From a virus: a stretch of DNA of 14,619 nt. Below the pieces are notes generated by a model, which was not told the origin of the DNA, searched no databases, and saw nothing but the letters and a program-made list of their open reading frames with translations. Every line of letters begins with the position of its first letter. The stretch's first letter is position 1. Shown here in pieces: positions 1-7,200 of this stretch. The translations under genes and the position numbers were made by a program. The stretch lies in UHGV virus genome UHGV-1690626. One strand, written 5' to 3'.

Positions 1-2
1 CA

Positions 3-629
3 CACATACGCTTCCCCGGGCTGAAGGATTTTGTTAGAGACGCGGGTGTTTATAACCGGGATACGTTCAGGAATGTTGTAAACGTAAACCATTTTAATTC
101 ATCAGCTGAATACGAAAATGCTATTGCCCGGGGGCATGACGGCACAGCCAAAAGCCCCCTGGGGATGAGCATCAGGTATCGTTACGAGATAACTGATGAA
201 CTGGGTGTTATAGCCTCTTTTACATGGGCGCGCTCCATGACTAATGCGCAGGCATTTATTGATATTAACCCAGGAGATGAATCCAGAGAGGTTAAAAATC
301 CGGCAGCTTCAGCGAGAACTGATATCAGGGCTAATTACTGGAGCCTGTTAGCGGGTCCTTCGTGGCGGTTTAACGAATACCTCAGTGTGTATGCAATGGC
401 TGGTATGGGCGTAGCTAAAGTTACCGCTGACCTGAAAATTAAGGACAACATTAACAGTACCGGTGGATTTTCTGAAAGCAACAGTACGAAAAAAACAGCA
501 CTTGCATGGGCTGCTGGTGCACAATTTAACCTGAATGAAAGTGTTGCTATGGATGTCGCGTATGAAAGCTCCGGATCTGGTGACTGGCGCACGAGCGGGG
601 TTGTTGTAGGTATTGGCCTGAAATTCTGA
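3..629 (+). CDS. lom: Lom/Ail/PagC-family outer-membrane beta-barrel protein, 5'-partial in this window
   Basis: Frame-3 translation aligns by eye with lambda Lom and Yersinia Ail along its length (IRYRYEITDELGVIASF, YWSLLAGPSWRFNEYLSVYAMAGMG, C-terminal SSGSGDWRTSGVVVGIGLKF ending in an aromatic residue). The frame is open back to nt 3 with no in-frame ATG/GTG/TTG before the ATG at 165 and no signal-peptide-like stretch, so the true N-terminus is either outside the window or lost. Stop TGA at 627-629. Confidence 0.8.
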   Translation, partial: HIRFPGLKDFVRDAGVYNRDTFRNVVNVNHFNSSAEYENAIARGHDGTAKSPLGMSIRYRYEITDELGVIASFTWARSMTNAQAFIDINPGDESREVKNPAASARTDIRANYWSLLAGPSWRFNEYLSVYAMAGMGVAKVTADLKIKDNINSTGGFSESNSTKKTALAWAAGAQFNLNESVAMDVAYESSGSGDWRTSGVVVGIGLKF

Positions 630-651
630 TCTGTATCCGACAACATGTCAT

Positions 652-680
652 AACCCGCTGTGATGGCGGGTTTTTTGTTG
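652..680 (+). terminator. Rho-independent terminator downstream of lom
   Basis: Stem CCCGC (654-658) / GCGGG (666-670) with a 7-nt loop, flanking A-T pairs, then TTTTTTG (671-677), starting 23 nt after the lom stop. Confidence 0.7.
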
Positions 681-706
681 CCCGTGCAGGGCAAAAATCG
701 TAGATT
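678..706 (+). promoter_or_regulatory. Candidate sigma70 promoter for the hok-like transcript
   Basis: TTGCCC (678-683), 17-nt spacer, TAGATT (701-706); 4/6 match to consensus in each hexamer. Its position would give a leader of about 150 nt before the hok-like ORF. Hexamer matching by eye only. Confidence 0.25.
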
Positions 707-861
707 ATGCGCGGGTGCCTTTCGGCTGATGGCTGGAGGGAGAACCTGAAGGCCTGATGTGGAAAGGCCCCGAGTCAAACATTTTGTTTAACCCGAGGCC
801 CTAACCATCATACCTTAAGCAAGTAGAAGGTTAGCGCCTCTCCACTCAGGAGACAAGCGTT

Positions 862-1002
862 ATGTCGCAAAAATCGCTCATCACCGTCACAATTTGTATG
901 ACGGTAATCTTCACCATCTGGATGTTACACGGCTCGTTGTGTGAGTTCCGGCTGAATTTGTGGGGAGCGGAGTTTGCGGCGTTCTTACAGTGTAAGCAGT
1001 AG
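862..1002 (+). CDS. hok: Hok/Gef-family type I toxin (46 aa small membrane peptide)
   Basis: Not in the ORF track (too short). ATG at 862 preceded by AGGAGA (848-853) with 8-nt spacing. Product MSQKSLITVTICMTVIFTIWMLHGSLCEFRLNLWGAEFAAFLQCKQ has an N-terminal hydrophobic helix followed by the SLCE.R ... E.AAF..C pattern I recognise from Hok/Gef/HokA-type toxins. Stop TAG 1000-1002. Confidence 0.6.
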   Translation: MSQKSLITVTICMTVIFTIWMLHGSLCEFRLNLWGAEFAAFLQCKQ

Positions 1003-1013
1003 GAAAACCGCGA

Positions 1014-1035
1014 CGGGGACGAAAGTCCCCGTCAA
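1014..1035 (+). promoter_or_regulatory. GC-rich stem-loop 12 nt after the hok-like stop, candidate mRNA 3' structure
   Basis: GACGGGGA (1014-1021) / TCCCCGTC (1028-1035) perfect 8-bp stem with loop CGAAAG and no U-tract after it. Hok-family mRNAs are known to end in a structured 3' region; the assignment here is by position only. Confidence 0.35.
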
Positions 1036-1058
1036 CTGGTTGCTGAGGTTCAGCCGAT

Positions 1059-1460
1059 ATGGCACCCGTTTCAGGTGAGAGAATGGACGACAGAATTCTC
1101 CGGTATATGCAGCGTGTTGTGAGAAATTCCCGCAACCCTGAATTTATGAATGAAGTTAAAGACGCCTGCCTTAAAAAGCAGGCGTTTTGCTTTGAAGCGC
1201 CGGATGGTTTTCTGGTGCTGCGTTCTGTGCTCAGTGACGATGGTATCCCTTATGTTCTGGTGTTGCTGGGTGTGTGTACGGGGTGTGCCGGTGTTGAGCG
1301 TTATCTGCCGGAGGTGAAGACATTAACCCGCCTGGCTGGCGGACGCTGGGCCGAATTTCATACGGCAAGACGAGGATTTATCCGGCTGGGAAAACGTCTG
1401 GGCTTTGAGCGAATGCCGGATGATGAGGATGGCTTCATGGTGTTCAGGATAGCAGTCTGA
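1059..1460 (+). CDS. Hypothetical 133-aa protein with C-x6-C ... C-x2-C cysteine pattern
   Basis: ORF track ORF; GAGG 10 nt upstream of ATG 1059 (alternative in-frame ATGs at 1083, 1107, 1146). Cysteines at about aa 37, 44, 73 and 76 (VCTGCAG). No family recognised. Confidence 0.5.
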   Translation: MAPVSGERMDDRILRYMQRVVRNSRNPEFMNEVKDACLKKQAFCFEAPDGFLVLRSVLSDDGIPYVLVLLGVCTGCAGVERYLPEVKTLTRLAGGRWAEFHTARRGFIRLGKRLGFERMPDDEDGFMVFRIAV

Positions 1461-1512
1461 CTGCCACTGTATTCATCATCGAGCGTAAACCCACATTGCA
1501 ATTCACATTCTG

Positions 1513-1537
1513 ACCCTGCTCCGGCAGGGTTTTTTGT
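1513..1537 (+). terminator. Rho-independent terminator immediately upstream of the RBS of the five-gene module
   Basis: CCCTGC (1514-1519) / GCAGGG (1524-1529) with loop TCCG, then TTTTTTG (1530-1536); followed by GAGGAG (1543-1548) and ATG at 1554. Confidence 0.7.
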
Positions 1538-1553
1538 TATCTGAGGAGCCATT

Positions 1554-2210
1554 ATGGGCGGAAGTAAAGGTGGTGGTGATACCAAAGTAAAACCAACAGC
1601 AGCGCAAATAGCACAGGAAGAGGTGGCCTGGAAAGGGTGGCAGGATTACAAAAATATTCTCCGTCCGGCAGAAGATAACTTCATGAAAAAGGTCGATGAC
1701 CTTAACAGTGAGCAGCAGTACGAAAATATCGCAGGCACAACAAATCTTGGGTATCAGAAACAGTTTGGTGAAGCGCGAAGGGAGCTGGCGGGTAATCTTG
1801 CTCAGTCCGGCGTTGACCCATCCAGTGGTCGTTTTAATGCAGTAATGGATGCAAATCAAAGCGACCAGGTGATCGGGCAGATTGACACGACCACACGGGG
1901 GCAGGTATCGCAGGCAGATAAATATATTGCCGGGCTACAGGATGTTGCGGCTCTCGGTTCCGGTCAGAAGGCAGATGCGTTACAGAGTTTTAACTCCCTG
2001 GCTGACAGCAGTCTGGCAAAAGCCAAATCGGATGCACAGGCGGCGTTTACGAAACAACAGGGGCGAGCTTCTCTTGTTGGCGCTGGTCTGGGAGCTGTAG
2101 GTGCGTACGCGATGCATAAGGCTGGCGGTAACGGAGGTGGTGGCGGCGCTAAAACGCCAGGCACCGGCGCTAATGCTATTCAGCATCAGGCTCAGAACTG
2201 GAGACTGTAA
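1554..2210 (+). CDS. Hypothetical 218-aa protein, Gly-rich with a C-terminal glycine-zipper-like hydrophobic segment; first gene of the module
   Basis: GAGGAG SD 5 nt upstream of ATG. C-terminal LVGAGLGAVGAYAM followed by GGNGGGGG. Stop lies 2 nt before the next start codon. Confidence 0.75.
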   Translation: MGGSKGGGDTKVKPTAAQIAQEEVAWKGWQDYKNILRPAEDNFMKKVDDLNSEQQYENIAGTTNLGYQKQFGEARRELAGNLAQSGVDPSSGRFNAVMDANQSDQVIGQIDTTTRGQVSQADKYIAGLQDVAALGSGQKADALQSFNSLADSSLAKAKSDAQAAFTKQQGRASLVGAGLGAVGAYAMHKAGGNGGGGGAKTPGTGANAIQHQAQNWRL

Positions 2211-2212
2211 TT

Positions 2213-2659
2213 ATGGAGTATGGCAAATACGAAACTCTCGCAAGGGCTGGTTATTCAGGCGCAGCCCGCCCACAGGGTGACTGGCAGACATCCGCCGCGC
2301 TGACACGCCAGCAATACGACGACTGGCGAACCAGATATTTGCCCCGCGTGGCAAGGCTGGCTGACCTTGGTGAGAACAACAGCCTGATGAATGCACAGCT
2401 TGCCCGGGTGGGCGGCCTTGCCACTTCCAGTCTCCGTACAGCGCAGATGGCGCAGGATAACCAGATGGCACGATATGGCGTTAACCGACCTGATAATCCC
2501 AACAGTAATACGCTGGGGTTACGTAATGCCCTGGCAATTGCTGGCGCGAAAAATGGTATCCGTGAAGCAGAGCAGGATCGTCAGATGAACATACTGACGG
2601 GGGCTTCTGCACCTGCAAGACAGCAACTGAGTGTTGGCGGACAACTGGTGTCAGCTTAA
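2213..2659 (+). CDS. Hypothetical 148-aa protein (Gln/Arg/Ala-rich), translationally coupled
   Basis: ATG 2 nt after the upstream stop; GGAGA about 10 nt upstream inside the previous gene. No family recognised. Confidence 0.7.
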   Translation: MEYGKYETLARAGYSGAARPQGDWQTSAALTRQQYDDWRTRYLPRVARLADLGENNSLMNAQLARVGGLATSSLRTAQMAQDNQMARYGVNRPDNPNSNTLGLRNALAIAGAKNGIREAEQDRQMNILTGASAPARQQLSVGGQLVSA

Positions 2660-2668
2660 GGAGGAAAT

Positions 2669-2920
2669 ATGGGATACGGTTTACTGGATATTGCGAATCA
2701 GTCACGTCGAGAGGCATTACAGGGAATAAGTGACGCCGACAGGCGACGTGAAGAAATTGAGGCTGCTAACAAGCAGATGGCGGCGCAACAGAAAGCGCAG
2801 AACAAACAGAATATCGGCACGGGAATTGGTACGGGTGCAGCTATGGGCGCTGCTGTTGGTGGTCTCCCCGGTGCGGCTATTGGTGCTGTCATAGGTGGTA
2901 TTGCTGGTTCTTTGTTTTAA
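2669..2920 (+). CDS. Small 83-aa protein: charged coiled-coil N-terminus plus C-terminal glycine-zipper (GxxxG) membrane segment
   Basis: AAGGAGG SD ahead of ATG 2669. C-terminal GTGIGTGAAMGAAVGGLPGAAIGAVIGGIAGSLF is a textbook glycine-zipper hydrophobic helix. Confidence 0.75.
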   Translation: MGYGLLDIANQSRREALQGISDADRRREEIEAANKQMAAQQKAQNKQNIGTGIGTGAAMGAAVGGLPGAAIGAVIGGIAGSLF

Positions 2921-2930
2921 GGAGTGGTGA

Positions 2931-4196
2931 ATGAGCGGATTTGCACAGGGTTTACTTGCCGGATTCAGCACGGTTGACCAGGCAATGACCCGTCGTAAGG
3001 AACTTGGTTTGCGAGAAGCACAGCTTGCTCAACAACAGAAAAATAACGAGCGCGATTTTGAATTTGCACAGTCGCAGTTTGAACATAATAAAGACGTTGA
3101 TCAGCGGAACTTTGATTACAGAGCCAAAGTCGACGACCGTAATTATGCACTGCAGGAAAGGGAGTTTAACGCCAACCAGAATTACCGGAATGCGTCGCTG
3201 GGTATGGAGCAGCAGCGACTCCGGATGCAGAAATACAACCAGCGACGGCTTGAGTATAACGATATGCTGGCGCGCGATCAGCCTGTGATGGCGGCGCTTG
3301 GAAAGGCTGTGGATGCTGGCGATCGGGATGCAGCAATGCGTCTTTACGGCCAGTTGTCAGAGGGTAATCCGCTGAGGCTGATGGCGAATGATGGCTATGT
3401 AGCGAAAGCGGGTCAGGCCGTGAACAACCTGCAAAAAATCTTTGATGACAAGCCGGACAGGGCTATCGCTTCACTTAATACGCCGGAGAATCTTGATGTC
3501 CTTTCCGGGGTGTTTGGCCCGGAACTGCAACAGCGTATTGGCATGCCCGATTCAACCGGGAAAAAGACGATAAAAGAGGCCAGGATTGGCAGTATCGTAC
3601 CGGCGCAGCAGGAAGGGTACGTACTTATTGGCCTTGATCTCACATACAGCGATGGCTCCACCGCGCATAAACCTGTAACAGAATACGGCAGTGCACATCC
3701 TGATGATCAAACCGTGCTGGCGGTGCCTGTTGATAAGGCTGTTGAGCTTGTCAGGGATCGCAGTAAATTCGCGGAAATTTCGAAAAATTTCGGCTATTTC
3801 ACGCCGAAGCAGCAGGGACTTTCTCTGGCGAAACTTCAGGAAGGAGCCAGCAGTGTAGCGGCGGAAGCGATCAAGAACGGCGGGAATGCTCAGGCGGCGG
3901 TGGATGAGTATTACGCTGCAACTGGTTCACCGCAACATCAGCAGAAAATTCAGCAGCAAAAAATTCAACAAGGGATTACCAGTTGGGCGGGTGATGATCC
4001 GGATAAGCAGGCATTCGCCAGAGAAGTTGCTTCCCGTCAGCCAGAAATGCTGGAGCCTCAGAATCAGAAATTGCTGGAAAACGGGTATGCGAATTTTCTC
4101 CGTATTCAAAAGGCTAAGGGGGAACAGGCCAGAGATGATAGTGCGGCCTCTGCATCTGAGTTTATCCGTGGTCTGAAACAGAATTACGCGCAGTAA
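2931..4196 (+). CDS. Hypothetical 421-aa protein with Gln/Arg-rich predicted coiled-coil N-terminal third
   Basis: AAGGAG SD ahead of ATG 2931, which is the first in-frame start after a TGA. Contains the QQKIQQQKIQQ repeat (nt about 3942-3975). No enzymatic motif recognised. Confidence 0.75.
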   Translation: MSGFAQGLLAGFSTVDQAMTRRKELGLREAQLAQQQKNNERDFEFAQSQFEHNKDVDQRNFDYRAKVDDRNYALQEREFNANQNYRNASLGMEQQRLRMQKYNQRRLEYNDMLARDQPVMAALGKAVDAGDRDAAMRLYGQLSEGNPLRLMANDGYVAKAGQAVNNLQKIFDDKPDRAIASLNTPENLDVLSGVFGPELQQRIGMPDSTGKKTIKEARIGSIVPAQQEGYVLIGLDLTYSDGSTAHKPVTEYGSAHPDDQTVLAVPVDKAVELVRDRSKFAEISKNFGYFTPKQQGLSLAKLQEGASSVAAEAIKNGGNAQAAVDEYYAATGSPQHQQKIQQQKIQQGITSWAGDDPDKQAFAREVASRQPEMLEPQNQKLLENGYANFLRIQKAKGEQARDDSAASASEFIRGLKQNYAQ

Positions 4197-4227
4197 TTCA
4201 CCATTCCTGTTAATACTATTTCCTGAT

Positions 4228-4253
4228 ACCCGGTCATTGTGCCGGGTTTTTTT
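4228..4253 (+). terminator. Rho-independent terminator immediately upstream of the giant gene's RBS
   Basis: ACCCGG (4228-4233) / CCGGGT (4242-4247) with loop TCATTGTG, then a run of seven T (4247-4253); GGAG at 4256-4259 and ATG at 4265. Confidence 0.75.
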
Positions 4254-4264
4254 ATGGAGTCTGT

Positions 4265-7200
4265 ATGGCTTATTCCGATGAACAGCGCCCTGAAGCGCAA
4301 TTTGGCAACCAGAACCGCAACAGCCTGAACATTCAGCAGCCGGGCGAGACTGACAGCTATGATGCGTTTTTCTCCGATCCCAATCGCTGGAAGGACAACA
4401 GCACGTCGTTCAGCCTGGGCGATGTATTGCCAACTATGGGGAAAGGTGTCGCCCAGTCCATCCGGGGGACAGGGGAAATGGCCCGTGGACTCGGTGATGC
4501 GATGATTCAGAGTCCTGTAAAAACAGGGGCGCGTATTTTAAATGAGTTCAGCCGTATGGGGCTGCCGGGAGTCGCAACTGTTCAGGATATTTTTGTCGGT
4601 GGCAGCAAGGGGGCGGATGAGGTCATCGACACTCTGCCTGATGGAAAAAATGCGGTTACTGATACTGTCGGTAAAGGTCTGAAGGCCACAGGCAAGGCAG
4701 TCAGTGATGGTGCCAAAGCCTCGGATGAATGGCTGACAGATCAGATGTCGCCGGGTGCTGTTCGTGCGCTGAACACGCCAATGAGTGAAGGCTATGATGA
4801 TTCTGCGGTCTTGCTGACGAAGGGTGTAAACCTGATTGGTGCGCTTGTACCTGATCTGGTTGCAGGCGGTGTGACTAAAAAGCTGGGTGAAGTCACTCTG
4901 CGAAAAGTGCTGACCGCCGGGCTGGAGAAAAAATACATTGCGGCAGGGATGCAGCCGGAAAGAGCTACCGCACTGGCAGCAGAAGCTGTCGATAAAAAAA
5001 TGCCGGATTTATTCCAGGCAGGCCTGATCACCCATTCCTCAGCCAGCGCACAGGGGCAGAGTGCAATGGCAGCAGCAGACTCTGTTCTTAACGCGGATTA
5101 CTCTGAGCTGGCGAAGTCCCCGAAATTTCAGCAGACGTTTTTGTCAATTGATGCAGATCCGCAGCACGCACAGCTTACTGATCGCCAGAAAATGGATCTG
5201 GCAAAAGAGCGTGTTGCCGATGAGGTGCGCGCGCAGCTGGCAACCGATCCTCAGTTGCTGGCTGTGAATGCCATGGCGGCAAAACTGGGCGATGCACAGT
5301 TGCTTAATCTGGCGATGCGGGGTACGGCGAAGACCGTTAAGAGCGGCATTATCAGAAACGCCACAGAACAGGGCGTAATTAACGGGGCGCAGGGCGGCTA
5401 TTCGCGTTACCAGGAAAATATGGCGTTGCGTGAGACCGCCGGAATGGATGTGTCGCCGTGGGAGGGCGTGGCTGACGCAACAATCGACGGTGCTGCTCTT
5501 GGTGCAGCGATGGGGGCTCCATTTGGCGCGGTTGCCGGATATCGTGGCAGACGTCAGGCCGCAGACGAAGCCGCCATGCGTGAGGCTGAAGTCGTACAGC
5601 AGGGTGAAGCAGCCCCGCAACCCGAACCGGTTGATCCGGTGGCACAGCATCGTGAATCCATGCAGGGCATGAACCGCGAGCAGCTTCTGGAACAGTATGC
5701 TGATGCGGATATGGCACATGAGGGAGACACGTCTGCCGTTCATCGCCGGGAAGCCGCCAGCCAGCTGTTAAATGAACTGGATGAACAGGCGAAGCGACAG
5801 GCGGTGATGGATGAGCTGAAGGCGAAGCCGCGCCCTGAACTGCTTGAGGAATACCGAAAACTCAGCCTGAAGGAAGGGCGTACTGATACTGAAGAGCAGC
5901 AGTTACAGGCTATCCGTGATGTGCTTCGCCCTCAGCAGGAGGCCAGACCGGAGGCACAGCCACAGCCGGAAAATGCGGATGATGGCGACGGGAGTATTTA
6001 CCCGACGGTGCGGTTCCGCGATCCGGATGAAGTTCGTATTGAAATTAACGGGAGTGGTGCGTCCAGACCAGCAGAACGCATTGAAAAGGTGCGTCCGGAC
6101 AACCGTTATTTCACGGATGAAAAAAGTGCTCTGGGGAGCGACGTTTTCCGCAATGCCAGCGCCACCGGCCTGAAACCGTCCGTAGTGAAGAAAGGCGAGA
6201 ATCAGTATGCCGTTGAAATGGATAATCCTGCGTTCTCTGAAGATGTGGCAACGGAGACCATTAACACTCTGGCTGACGGAGAGCGTATTACTGATGCTGA
6301 TCCGATGGAACAGCCCGCGTTCATGCGTGACCCGCGATTCCGTGGTTTCACGGGGGATGATACAGAAGTGCAGGCCCGCCTTGCCCGTGGCAACGCGCCG
6401 ACGGCAGAGGAGCTTGTACGTTCACAGATGGCTGAAGGTGATGCCGGTCCGACAGCACAGGAGTTAACTGAGCGTCCACGCCTTCCCGCTCCCGGCGATA
6501 TTCATCCCGGACAGGGATATCCGTTACCAGGAGAAGTGGCGCGTACGCCGGATGAAAATCAGGCCGGACGTGGTGGTCGTTTTACCACAACCGGTGAGGT
6601 GAAGGGCCAGAGTTTCCAGAAAGGACGTGCGCAGGCACCGGAAAATGCCGCTGGTCGCCAGGGGGAAATACTGGAGGGCGAACCGGTTCGTCGTGGTCTG
6701 CCGTCACCGGATGAGCAGAACGCCACAGCACCAGTGCGTGAAGGACTTCCTGCACCTGAACAGCGTGGGGTTGATATGCCACATCCTGAATCACTCCCTC
6801 GTATGGTTCGTGACTCCCTTCCGGAACTGGCACAGCAGGCAGAAGCGCGCAGACAGACCGGGGATAATCGCCAGACCATAACCGATGTTCCGGATACTGA
6901 GGTGCCGGTGCCGGTGCCGGTAGATAAACCGAGCACTCACCAGCAGGCGCGTGGTGCAAAAATAGAAGACTTTGGCGAGGAGATTAAGGGCGCGGCAAAA
7001 CACCGTTATGCACAGCTTGCCGAAACACTGGGTAAAACGCTGGAAGACAGGGATTATGTCACGCAACCGCTGAGCAAACTGTTCCCGAAACCGGACTACG
7101 CAAAACTGGCGAACGAAGGTGCCGATGCTGATACCCTGGCAATGATAGCGCTGTATCGTAGCGATATTCCGGCGAAGACGAAACACAATACGGCTGGCTG

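Noticed and set aside
335-778. 147-aa minus-strand ORF overlapping lom
   Set aside because: Antisense shadow of a well-supported lom coding frame, with no SD and no recognisable product.
911-1135. 74-aa minus-strand ORF overlapping the hok-like ORF and the 3' hairpin
   Set aside because: Overlaps a better-supported plus-strand gene and a structured RNA element; Arg/Pro/Thr-rich composition typical of an antisense frame.
4254-4265. ATG at 4254 as an alternative start of the giant gene
   Set aside because: Out of frame with the long ORF, and it overlaps the GGAG that serves ATG 4265.
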